The notes below the pieces were generated by a model. It had not been told where the DNA came from. It searched no databases and worked only from the letters and a program-made list of their open reading frames with translations. DNA of 64,000 nt from assembly GCA_002344125.1 (NCBI GenBank), contig DDTQ01000010.1:77683-141682 (forward strand), given 5' to 3'. Made by a program: the position numbers and the translations under genes. Shown here one piece after another: positions 46,029 to 54,486 of this stretch (its first letter is position 1; every line of letters begins with the position of its first letter). This DNA comes from Ignavibacteria bacterium UBA2360 (lineage in GTDB: Bacteria; Bacteroidota; Ignavibacteria; Tepidaquicellales; OLB5).

Positions 46029-47285
46029 ATGAAACTAAAGAAATTGAAAATTAAGAGCGCGGAAAAGTTTAAATTCAGTTCTATCGAATCTGCTATTGCT
46101 GATTTTAAAAAAGGTAAATGCGTTATTGTTGTTGATGATGAAGACCGTGAAAACGAGGGTGACCTCATTTACTCCGCGGAAAAATCAACACCGGAGCTTG
46201 TGAATTTTCTTATCAAATATACCAGCGGCGTAATCTGTGTTTCCATAGAAGACCGCAGACTTAAGGAACTTAAGCTGGATATGATGACAAATCATAATAC
46301 GGCGCTGCATGAAACTGCATTTACTATAAGCGTTGATTATGTTCACGGTACCTCAACCGGGATATCTGCTTCTGACAGGAACAGAACGATCTTGGCACTG
46401 GTGAACAAAAACACCAAACCCGAAGACCTGGGCAGACCCGGACACGTTTTTCCGCTGAGAGCTTTCCCCGGTGGCGTATTAAGGCGTGCGGGTCACACAG
46501 AGGCCGCTGTTGATCTCGCTAGACTTGCGGGACACTACCCGGCAGGTGTACTTTGCGAGATCATCAAAAAAGATGGTGAAATGGCAAGGGTTCCGCAGCT
46601 TTCCGAGCTTGCTAAAAAACACAAGCTCAAGATAATCACCATTAAAGATCTCATTAATTACAGGCTTGAGCGCGAAGTGCTTATCGAAAAGCTTGTAGAT
46701 GTGAACCTGCCCACAAAACACGGGGCATTCAAACTTCATATGTTCAAGAATCTTCTTGATAACAAAGAGCATCTTGCGCTGGTTAAAGGTGAAATTGATC
46801 CCAAAAAGCCGATACTTGTCCGTGTGCATTCGGAATGTTTAACCGGTGATCTGCTCGGTTCACTCAGGTGCGATTGCCAGGACCAGCTTGTGAAATCACT
46901 AAAGATCATTGAGCACGAAAAGAACGGCATCCTTCTTTACATGCGGCAGGAAGGACGAGGCATAGGGCTTGCCAATAAACTGAAAGCGTATAAGCTGCAG
47001 GATGAAGGCGCTGATACCGTTGAAGCCAACGAAGCGCTTGGATTCAAAGCCGATCTTCGTGATTACGGAATTGGCGCGCAGATATTAAGGAACCTTGGAG
47101 TGAAAAAAATGATTCTATTAACCAATAACCCCAAGAAAGTTGTTGGCTTAAAAGGGTACGGACTCGAAATAGTTAAACGTATCCCAATTGAAATTCCCGC
47201 GAATTCTGTAAACGAAAAATATTTAAAAACCAAAAGAGATAAATTGGGACATCTACTGTTAATCAACAAAAATCAGGAGAATTAA
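46029..47285 (+). CDS. ribBA: Bifunctional 3,4-dihydroxy-2-butanone-4-phosphate synthase / GTP cyclohydrolase II
   Basis: VVDDEDRENEGDLI, RAGHTEAAVDLA, HSECLTGDLLGSLRCDC, EGRGIGL. The ATG at 46029 is preferred over the TTG at 45993. Confidence 0.9.
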   Translation: MKLKKLKIKSAEKFKFSSIESAIADFKKGKCVIVVDDEDRENEGDLIYSAEKSTPELVNFLIKYTSGVICVSIEDRRLKELKLDMMTNHNTALHETAFTISVDYVHGTSTGISASDRNRTILALVNKNTKPEDLGRPGHVFPLRAFPGGVLRRAGHTEAAVDLARLAGHYPAGVLCEIIKKDGEMARVPQLSELAKKHKLKIITIKDLINYRLEREVLIEKLVDVNLPTKHGAFKLHMFKNLLDNKEHLALVKGEIDPKKPILVRVHSECLTGDLLGSLRCDCQDQLVKSLKIIEHEKNGILLYMRQEGRGIGLANKLKAYKLQDEGADTVEANEALGFKADLRDYGIGAQILRNLGVKKMILLTNNPKKVVGLKGYGLEIVKRIPIEIPANSVNEKYLKTKRDKLGHLLLINKNQEN

Positions 47286-47291
47286 ATTATT

Positions 47292-47777
47292 ATGGATTCA
47301 AACAACAAAGGATTTGTTTACCTAACAAAGGACAGGCTTCATGAACTCGAAACCGAGCTTAACGACCTGAAGCAAAGAGGCAGAAAAGATATTGCCGAAA
47401 AGATCGCTGAAGCAAGAGCTCACGGCGATCTCAGTGAAAACGCTGAATACGATGCTGCCAAGCATCAGCAGGAGCAGCTTGAAATGCGTATAGCAAAGTT
47501 CGAAGAAACGCTCTCAAGAGTAAAGATCATTTCAGCTGATGAACTGCCGAATGATAAAATTTACATTCTCCATAACGTTAAGCTTAAGGACCTTAAGACA
47601 AAGGAAGAATTTACATATAAACTGGTTTCACCTGAAGAAGCTGATCTTGAGCAGGATAAGATCTCTGTAACTTCACCTATTGGCAAATCGCTGCTGGGCA
47701 AAAAGAAAAATGAAGAAGTAGAGATAATCGTTCCGGCGGGAAAGCTGAAATACAAAATTGTTGATTTTACTAAGTAA
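47292..47777 (+). CDS. greA: Transcription elongation factor GreA
   Basis: ARAHGDLSENAEYDAAK and the C-terminal FKBP-like domain (SPIGKSLLGKKKNEEVEI). Confidence 0.95.
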   Translation: MDSNNKGFVYLTKDRLHELETELNDLKQRGRKDIAEKIAEARAHGDLSENAEYDAAKHQQEQLEMRIAKFEETLSRVKIISADELPNDKIYILHNVKLKDLKTKEEFTYKLVSPEEADLEQDKISVTSPIGKSLLGKKKNEEVEIIVPAGKLKYKIVDFTK

Positions 47778-47794
47778 CAGCCTGAAACAAAAAA

Positions 47795-48709
47795 ATGGAT
47801 AAAGATAAAAGAACTCTTTTAAAGGTCGGGATGACGGTTGTCGTTTCCATAATCATTCTGTTGTGGGGTATTGCATTTTTAAAAGATCTTAAATTCGGCC
47901 TCGAAACAAACGAGCTTGTAGTTTATTTTTCTGATGTGAACGGATTGAAAGAAGGTGACCCTGTCAGCGTTAACGGTGTTACTAAAGGGAAGATCACCGG
48001 CATTGAATTGGCGCCCGGGGATTCCGTAAAAGTGGATTTCTCACTTTCTAAAGAAGTTACCCTCAGGAAAGATTACGATGTATCTGTAGCCATGATAGAA
48101 CTCATGAGCGGCAAGCAGATATACATTAAGCCCGGGGTTTCAAAAGAAGCCGCAGATATTACAAAACCGCTTGTTGGCGCTAAAACAAATGATATTGTTG
48201 GCTTAATTGGCACAATGAATGAAGTTGGCGCTGATGTTAAGCTTATAACAAGAAGGCTTGATACAGCAATGACCAAAATGACTGTCACAGTTGATAACAT
48301 AAATTCAATTGTTGGCGATGACGGTCTGAAATCTAATATTAAGGGAGCCGCAAGCAATTTTAATCTTGCATCAAGGAATCTGAACCTGATGCTTGCTGAT
48401 ACAAGGAACAGTATCAACTCGTTGACTCTTAAACTGAACAGCATCGCAACCAATGTTGATAATACTGTAACCGATACAAAGCCTGAAATTAAACAGACAA
48501 TGGATGATGTAAGGCTTCTCACCGGAAGGCTGGACTCGCTTACCGTTAACCTGAATAATCTTGTCCTCGGAGTGAATGATTCCAATTCTACGGTCGGAAA
48601 GCTGCTTACTGAGGATGAAATGTACGAAAATATAAATAAAGCTTTGCTTAATATTAACAAGCTGGTCAAAAAAATAGAAAAAGACGGCATCAGGCTTAAG
48701 CTGTTCTAA
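47795..48709 (+). CDS. MlaD/MCE-domain protein
   Basis: N-terminal TM plus the MCE domain (VYFSDVNGLKEGDPVSVNGVTKGKITGIEL), followed by a long helical region. Confidence 0.8.
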   Translation: MDKDKRTLLKVGMTVVVSIIILLWGIAFLKDLKFGLETNELVVYFSDVNGLKEGDPVSVNGVTKGKITGIELAPGDSVKVDFSLSKEVTLRKDYDVSVAMIELMSGKQIYIKPGVSKEAADITKPLVGAKTNDIVGLIGTMNEVGADVKLITRRLDTAMTKMTVTVDNINSIVGDDGLKSNIKGAASNFNLASRNLNLMLADTRNSINSLTLKLNSIATNVDNTVTDTKPEIKQTMDDVRLLTGRLDSLTVNLNNLVLGVNDSNSTVGKLLTEDEMYENINKALLNINKLVKKIEKDGIRLKLF

Positions 48710-48743
48710 ATAAAAAATTGTAACCAAAAAAAATTCACGTTAT

Positions 48744-50498
48744 ATGCTCAAAAAAAACCTGGGTTTTATTGTTACAGCCGGTCTCATTGCTTTATTCCTA
48801 TACTATGCTTCTCAATTCAATAATCCCTTAAACGGATCACAAAAAAAGAAAAGTGATATTAACTATTCTTCAGATGTAACGGGCACAAACGGAATGGTAG
48901 TTTCCGCAAGCCGCTATGCTTCTGAAGTGGGTGTGAACATTCTGCAAAGCGGCGGTAACGCCGTTGACGCGGCAGTTGCTATGGGCTTTGCGCTAACTGT
49001 TACTTATCCCCAGGCAGGCAATATAGGCGGCGGGGGATTCATGGTCATAAAAACCAAAGATAAAATTACCACAATTGATTACCGCGAAAAAGCGCCTGCG
49101 GCATCAACCCGCAATATGTTCCTTGATGATAAAGGAAATTTTCTCCCTGAAAAAAGTCAGGTAGGCCATCTTTCTGCAGGTGTACCCGGCTCAGTTGCTG
49201 GTATGCTCTACGCTCTGCAGAAATACGGCTCTATGACCCGCGAAGATGTTCTTGCGCAATCAATTAAACTCGCCGAAGACGGCTTTGAAATGGAAGACCG
49301 CCTGGCGGAATCTCTCAATTCAGATTTTGATCTGTTTAATGAATTTCCTTCTTCACGCAAGATTTTTACTAAAGGTGGAGCGAAGTTTAAAGCCGGTGAG
49401 AAATTTATTCAAAAAGATCTTGCCAATACACTTAAACTTATAAGTATTCACGGAAGGGATGGCTTCTATGCCGGCATTACCGCTGATCTGATAGTTAAAG
49501 AAATGCAGCAGGGCGCAGGCATCATAACAAAAGAAGACCTGCTTAACTACCAGCCTGTTGAACGGGAACCTGTTCACACAAATTATAAGGGCTACGATGT
49601 TTACTCAATGCCGCCGCCAAGCAGCGGGGGGATCGCGCTTATCCAGCTTCTCAATATGATCGAAAATGAAACCCTGCCAGATAGGAACGATGTTTACTAT
49701 GGCATCAAAGAACAATCAAATTATTACCACACCGCCATTGAGAACATGAAGCGTGTTTATGCGGATAGAAGCGAGCATTTGGGTGATCCCGATTTCTGGA
49801 AAGTACCGGTGAGTGAGCTCACCAATAAAGATTATGCCAAAACCCGCAGAAATGAAATTGGCGAAAATTCAACCCCGGCTAATGAAATTAAACCCGGCGT
49901 GTTCGTTAAGGAATCTGACCAAACCACTCATTACAGCGTTATTGATAAAGATGGAAATATGGTCAGTGTTACCACTACACTAAATAATACCTATGGTTCA
50001 GGGGTTGTTGTTGATGGCGCGGGTTTCCTGCTAAATGATGAAATGGATGATTTCGCGTCAAAACCCGGTGAACCCAATATGTTCGGGCTTATCGGCAACG
50101 AAGCCAATGCTATTGTTCCCGGTAAACGTATGCTAAGTTCTATGACTCCCACCATAATCCTGAAAGATGGAGATCCTTTTCTTATTATTGGATCTCCCGG
50201 TGGCGGCAGGATCATAACTTCGGTTTATACTTCAATCGTAAATATTATCGATTTCAAAATGTCACTTGATTCCGCAATTGATAAACCGCGCTTCCATCAT
50301 CAGTGGCAGCCGGAATATCTGCAATACGAAGCAGGGGCTGTAGATGATGAAGTTATGGCCAAGTTGAAAGAAAAAGGGCACCAGGTAAAACAGATATCAG
50401 ATTATGGCAGAGTAGAAGGCATATTGGTTGACTGGAAAAATAAGGTTTATTACGGTCACAGTGACCGCCGCGGCTACGGCGCGGCTATAGGGTATTAA
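48744..50498 (+). CDS. ggt: Gamma-glutamyltransferase
   Basis: Autoprocessing site ..ESDQTTHYSVIDKDGN.., GGGFM, MDDFA, SSMTPTI, GSPGG. Confidence 0.95.
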   Translation: MLKKNLGFIVTAGLIALFLYYASQFNNPLNGSQKKKSDINYSSDVTGTNGMVVSASRYASEVGVNILQSGGNAVDAAVAMGFALTVTYPQAGNIGGGGFMVIKTKDKITTIDYREKAPAASTRNMFLDDKGNFLPEKSQVGHLSAGVPGSVAGMLYALQKYGSMTREDVLAQSIKLAEDGFEMEDRLAESLNSDFDLFNEFPSSRKIFTKGGAKFKAGEKFIQKDLANTLKLISIHGRDGFYAGITADLIVKEMQQGAGIITKEDLLNYQPVEREPVHTNYKGYDVYSMPPPSSGGIALIQLLNMIENETLPDRNDVYYGIKEQSNYYHTAIENMKRVYADRSEHLGDPDFWKVPVSELTNKDYAKTRRNEIGENSTPANEIKPGVFVKESDQTTHYSVIDKDGNMVSVTTTLNNTYGSGVVVDGAGFLLNDEMDDFASKPGEPNMFGLIGNEANAIVPGKRMLSSMTPTIILKDGDPFLIIGSPGGGRIITSVYTSIVNIIDFKMSLDSAIDKPRFHHQWQPEYLQYEAGAVDDEVMAKLKEKGHQVKQISDYGRVEGILVDWKNKVYYGHSDRRGYGAAIGY

Positions 50499-50571
50499 TT
50501 AAAATCCTGAGCTTAGACTTCGCAGAGTCTCCCGAAGGGGACTCTGCAGAAAAAAATTATATATCAGATAA

Positions 50572-50943
50572 ATGAGATCAAAATTAATTTTAATTTTTCT
50601 ATTTTTAACAGTGCTGTTTTTCTCTTCCTGCTCAAGCCTTAAAGAGATAGAAAACTATGCAGGCGAGAATATTTCTATGGGAGTGGGCGGATTTGCCTCT
50701 GTTACTATGGAAGCCGATACTCACCAGGGGTATGATTGGGTAGTTTCTTCCAGCAGCAATTCATCAATTGCCAAATATGAAGGCAAAGAGAATAATTACG
50801 GAGAAAAGAATACGGATCTTACCAAACAGGTAATTAAATTTAAAGGATTGAAAAAAGGTAAAACTATTATTACTTTGAATTATGTTAAGCAGGGCGATAT
50901 GCTTGCCAAAAAAACAAGAACTGTAAATATTACTGTTTACTAA
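50572..50943 (+). CDS. Lipoprotein, degenerate chagasin-like (peptidase inhibitor I42) domain
   Basis: Lipobox FFSSCS. L2-like THQGYDWVV; the other inhibitory loops are not obvious. Confidence 0.5.
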   Translation: MRSKLILIFLFLTVLFFSSCSSLKEIENYAGENISMGVGGFASVTMEADTHQGYDWVVSSSSNSSIAKYEGKENNYGEKNTDLTKQVIKFKGLKKGKTIITLNYVKQGDMLAKKTRTVNITVY

Positions 50944-50953
50944 TAGCACAAAT

Positions 50954-51775
50954 TTGAAATTTACGACTAAGACATTTATTGCATTCCTCTTCCTTTTCAT
51001 ATCACAGAGTGTATTCTGCTACAGCGATACTTCTTCTGTTAATGAACCGGGACAATATACCTTTATTCGACAGGATTACTTTGGTCTCAACGATGAATAC
51101 GAAACTCCGTACTACATCTTTAAAGGTAAAAAAAACGGACCCGTAATGATCCTCGATGGGGGTATTCATGGTGATGAGATAGCTTCTTATATGGCATGCG
51201 ATTCAATCGTAAAATACCTGAACCTCTATTCCGGTACGCTGATCGTTATTCCCAGAACCAACATAATAGCATGCAATCAAAATACCAGGCAGGTGAATTT
51301 TGATTTCAATCATGCATTTCCGGGTGATATAACCGCTGACCTGTTTGAATACAGGCTGGCTTATGAACTTATGTGGATAGTTGATTCAGTAAAACCTGAT
51401 CTCATTATTAACCTTCACGAAGCAAGGACCAAATGGTCACCAAAAGCTCTAACTGACCCAGAAAAGGCCTATGGCCAGATCGTCATTTCCTGCCTGCAGC
51501 CGTTTGAGGAATTGCTCGTACGCTCTGTTGATAACATGAATAAACGCATTCCCGAAGGTGATTATCAATTTCACACGCATTATTATTCTTACCGCGATCA
51601 CAGCTCACTGGATAACTTTGTTTCAAAGTTCAATATTAAATCATATACTGTCGAAACATACCGTGGATTCGATATCGACGCGCGCGTCAAACTGCAGCTT
51701 ATAGCTGCGCTGCAATTTATGGAAGAAATAGGGCTGGAATTCAGTTTCCCTGCTCACTTAACAGCATTTCAATAA
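50954..51775 (+). CDS. Secreted M14-like zinc carboxypeptidase / succinylglutamate-desuccinylase-aspartoacylase superfamily protein
   Basis: TTG start and signal peptide. GGIHGDEIAS (HxxE zinc motif) and INLHEA (second His). Confidence 0.55.
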   Translation: MKFTTKTFIAFLFLFISQSVFCYSDTSSVNEPGQYTFIRQDYFGLNDEYETPYYIFKGKKNGPVMILDGGIHGDEIASYMACDSIVKYLNLYSGTLIVIPRTNIIACNQNTRQVNFDFNHAFPGDITADLFEYRLAYELMWIVDSVKPDLIINLHEARTKWSPKALTDPEKAYGQIVISCLQPFEELLVRSVDNMNKRIPEGDYQFHTHYYSYRDHSSLDNFVSKFNIKSYTVETYRGFDIDARVKLQLIAALQFMEEIGLEFSFPAHLTAFQ

Positions 51776-51824
51776 GCTTAATTGTTATGGCTTGGGGTAA
51801 TTCAAATAATTTAATTTAATCAAC

Positions 51825-52205
51825 ATGAAAAAAATAATAAACGCATCTGCATTAATTTTTTTGATTGGTTTGGTAACAATTTCCTACTCACAGGAAAAGA
51901 CTTACACTGAAACCAGCACAGAAATAGTAGCTTCTGTTGGCGAGAATTTCACAATTTCACTGGAATCAAACCAATCAACAGGCTATTCATGGTCTGTTGG
52001 TATGGTAAGTGATAATGCCCAGGTAGTAGTTGCAGGAATGGATTACGATCTGCCCGAAGGCTCTAAAACAGGGCAGGGGGGAGCCGAAGTGTGGCACTTA
52101 AAAGCTGTCGCTCCGGGTTCTGTAAAACTTATGTTCTATTACGCACGGTCATGGGAAAAAGATGCTCCCGCAAAAACAGTAACATTCAATGTTTCAATAA
52201 AGTAA
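51825..52205 (+). CDS. Secreted chagasin-family cysteine-peptidase inhibitor (I42)
   Basis: All three inhibitory loops are recognisable: NQSTGYSW (L2), GQGGAEVW (L4, GxGG), ARSWE (L6, RPW-like). Confidence 0.75.
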   Translation: MKKIINASALIFLIGLVTISYSQEKTYTETSTEIVASVGENFTISLESNQSTGYSWSVGMVSDNAQVVVAGMDYDLPEGSKTGQGGAEVWHLKAVAPGSVKLMFYYARSWEKDAPAKTVTFNVSIK

Positions 52206-52214
52206 TAACAAAAA

Positions 52215-52240
52215 GCTTCCCAAACAAAAGTTTGGGAAGC
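52215..52240. repeat. TTCCCAAAC-N4-GTTTGGGAA hairpin (copy 4 of 5)
   Basis: gcttcccaaac-aaaa-gtttgggaagc, 10 nt after the I42 stop. Confidence 0.85.
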
Positions 52241-52255
52241 AGTTATTTCAATCCT

Positions 52256-52281
52256 GTTTCCCAAACTCCAGTTTGGGAAAC
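52256..52281. repeat. TTCCCAAAC-N4-GTTTGGGAA hairpin (copy 5 of 5)
   Basis: gtttcccaaac-tcca-gtttgggaaac, 10 nt after the stop of the minus-strand rhodanese gene. Confidence 0.85.
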
Positions 52282-52290
52282 AATAGTACT

Positions 52291-52836
52291 TTACTCCACA
52301 GATGTCCCTTCAAACTCAATTCTTGTATCGTTTACACTTAATATTTCATTCAGCTCGTAAACATTCTTATAGCCGTATCCGTAAAGATTCAGGTATGTTG
52401 GAATGTTAAGAGCAAGCGTAATACCTTTATCACCGCCGCCTTTAATATCTATTTTAGGCATTGATATTTTTGTAGGGAAATATTCAATATCATCTATAAA
52501 ATTGTTATTGCAGTAAATGAGTATTTTAGTATCGAATGAAGGAATTATCTCCGCAAGCGTTTCCTGTGTGAAATCTGAAAAATTGAGATTTACCGCTCCC
52601 TTAACGTGCTTACTGCTGTACATTGTATTTGATCTGGCGTCAAGAATTACCACATTTTCCTGCTTAGCAAGTTCAGTAAAATCTTCGATACTCAATAATC
52701 TTGCCTGCCTGTGCTCCTTTGCTTCAGCCATCAGCTTCTCGTAGTCTTCGAAGCTCACAAAAGGTGATTTTTCCTGTGCGCAGGCTGCAATTGCATAAAA
52801 TGCAAATAGCACTAAAATTAAGTTGATTTTTCTCAT
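52291..52836 (-). CDS. Secreted rhodanese-like domain protein
   Basis: Signal peptide present. VVILDARSNTMYSSKHVKGAVNL and an active-site-position Cys in ILIYCNNNF (atypical loop, no Arg). Confidence 0.7.
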   Translation of the reverse strand: MRKINLILVLFAFYAIAACAQEKSPFVSFEDYEKLMAEAKEHRQARLLSIEDFTELAKQENVVILDARSNTMYSSKHVKGAVNLNFSDFTQETLAEIIPSFDTKILIYCNNNFIDDIEYFPTKISMPKIDIKGGGDKGITLALNIPTYLNLYGYGYKNVYELNEILSVNDTRIEFEGTSVE

Positions 52837-52968
52837 TTTTTTAAAAATTTGATTGATATTAAGGGTTATAGTGTTTAACTTCTAAAATTGTTCCCGAAAA
52901 TTTGTGCCTGCTATAAAAGTTAAATTCAATTTACCACTGGATATTTGAACTGGAATGCAGATAAATTC

Positions 52969-53295
52969 TTATATCTTGAATTTTCGCCTGGATAGCTTAA
53001 TTGTAAAATGAATTCTGGAATCAAGCGCATTGAATACTTTCATAATCGTATCAAAGCGGGCGTTTGTCAGGTTATTTTCAAGTTTGGATATCTGTGATTT
53101 TTGCACACCTACAAGTTTACCTAATTGACCCTGTGTCAATTTCCGCTTACGTCTTGTCTGTTTGATAGCTTCACCAAGGAACTCGAGTTTTAACTCGTAC
53201 TCAAAATCTTCCCTCCGTTTGGTTCCTCTTTTGCCGATAAATTTATCAGTCAATTCATCTAGGGTATATAATTCCAGTTTGCCTTTTTTATGCAT
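52969..53295 (-). CDS. XRE-family HTH antitoxin (HigA-like)
   Basis: HTH KLTQGQLGKLVGVQKSQISKLENN. The gene starts 2 nt after the toxin stop. Confidence 0.8.
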   Translation of the reverse strand: MHKKGKLELYTLDELTDKFIGKRGTKRREDFEYELKLEFLGEAIKQTRRKRKLTQGQLGKLVGVQKSQISKLENNLTNARFDTIMKVFNALDSRIHFTIKLSRRKFKI

Positions 53296-53297
53296 AA

Positions 53298-53633
53298 TTA
53301 TTTTAAATTAAAATATTCTTTTCTTAAAGTTTCTGCATGTTCAATTTCTGCTTTGGGAGTTTTTGATGTCTTCTTAATTAAGCCGTGAGTATTTACCACA
53401 AGAATATTTTCCTTATTTGTTTTATCCCAAAATGCAAATAGTCTGTAGTAGGTTTTGTTGTAAATTGTCCTGAACTCCCATATGTCTTCGGTTAATTTTT
53501 TAAATAAACCGGGATCGTTAAATAACTGAGCTTTTCGAATATTAAATAGTATCTTATCTCTGGATTTTACATCTATCGATTCAAGAAAATCTTTAGCTTC
53601 TTTCAGGAAAAGTACATTAAACTTACTATTCAT
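53298..53633 (-). CDS. RelE/ParE-superfamily toxin (Gp49/HigB-like)
   Basis: FLKEAKDFLESI..DIWEFRTIYNKTYYRLFAFWDK...LVVNTHGLIKKTSKTP is typical of the Gp49-like toxin family. The toxin-first gene order matches higBA. Confidence 0.8.
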   Translation of the reverse strand: MNSKFNVLFLKEAKDFLESIDVKSRDKILFNIRKAQLFNDPGLFKKLTEDIWEFRTIYNKTYYRLFAFWDKTNKENILVVNTHGLIKKTSKTPKAEIEHAETLRKEYFNLK

Positions 53634-53695
53634 ATAATTGTTATTTAAATATAAAAGTTTCCTTATGAAGAAACAAGTAAATTTCTCTTCAAGTT

Positions 53696-53726
53696 ATAAA
53701 AAAGCCGGATAAAGAATATATCCGGC
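53696..53726 (-). terminator. Rho-independent terminator closing the zinc-ribbon gene string
   Basis: On the minus strand: gccggata-tattctt-tatccggc followed by tttttt. It lies 30 nt after the stop at 53756. Confidence 0.75.
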
Positions 53727-53755
53727 GTGAACTCCTGCTACCACAAATTCAATTA

Positions 53756-54364
53756 TTATGCCACCTCAATCCCCAAAACTGCATCCTTAAGCCTGCCGTT
53801 AGGCTGTTTGTAGAACGGTACGCCAAGTACCTGGTAGCTCTTTACGTTAATATCGTAATTGATATTTCTCACAGTATCGCTTTTTTCAGCTTCTATTGAA
53901 AGGAATAAAAATTCTGCTATCTTTTTAGCGTCATCCTTGGAAAAATTAAATCCTGTAAGCTTTACATTATACTTCTGCGGTGAAGGTACCGCGTTCTTCA
54001 GAGTATAATTAACTCCAATGTTCTTTGCGGATTCTATAGGCATCCAGAATGCAGGCACATAAAATTTAACGTCGCCTTCGGTCTTATTGGCTCCGCCAAA
54101 AAGATTTGATATCCACCCGCCGGATGAATCGCGTGAGTGGATTCTTACATGCGCATCAACAAGCCAAAAGCCTTTATAAACCAGCTCGCCATCGCCCTTA
54201 ACCAGGGGAGCGGCAAAGTTCACTTCCATTGGAACCAGCTCATCGTTTACAATTTCCCAGCCGTTTCCGCAGCTTGAGCAATATACGATGCTGTCATTCA
54301 TTTCAACGGTTAGCCCGCTATCGCATGATTTGCATTTTACAGCTATTAATTTAAAATCTTCCAT
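53756..54364 (-). CDS. Zinc-ribbon protein paralogue 3 (soluble; no TM)
   Basis: CKSC-x14-CSSC at the N-terminus. Shares aromatic beta-rich motifs with the two upstream genes (LVYKGFWLV, FYVPAFWMP, YQVLGVPFY). The ATG at 54364 with GAAGG upstream is preferred over the GTG at 54388, which lies inside a repeat module. Confidence 0.7.
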   Translation of the reverse strand: MEDFKLIAVKCKSCDSGLTVEMNDSIVYCSSCGNGWEIVNDELVPMEVNFAAPLVKGDGELVYKGFWLVDAHVRIHSRDSSGGWISNLFGGANKTEGDVKFYVPAFWMPIESAKNIGVNYTLKNAVPSPQKYNVKLTGFNFSKDDAKKIAEFLFLSIEAEKSDTVRNINYDINVKSYQVLGVPFYKQPNGRLKDAVLGIEVA

Positions 54365-54372
54365 AACCTTCA

Positions 54373-54423
54373 ATCCTGAGCGAAGCACCTGCCTGAACTG
54401 CCGTTACGGCAGGCAGGTTCTCA
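54373..54423. repeat. Nested repeat between zinc-ribbon genes 2 and 3
   Basis: atcctgagcgaagca-[cctgcctgaactgccgttacggcaggcagg]-ttctca. The inner 30-mer (54388-54417) is 29/30 identical to the reverse complement of 22300-22329. Confidence 0.85.
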
Positions 54424-54486
54424 TCAGTAGATCCTCAAATTTAAATTTATTTAATAAAAAATGTTTACCTGCAGCCTGCAGTTGCA

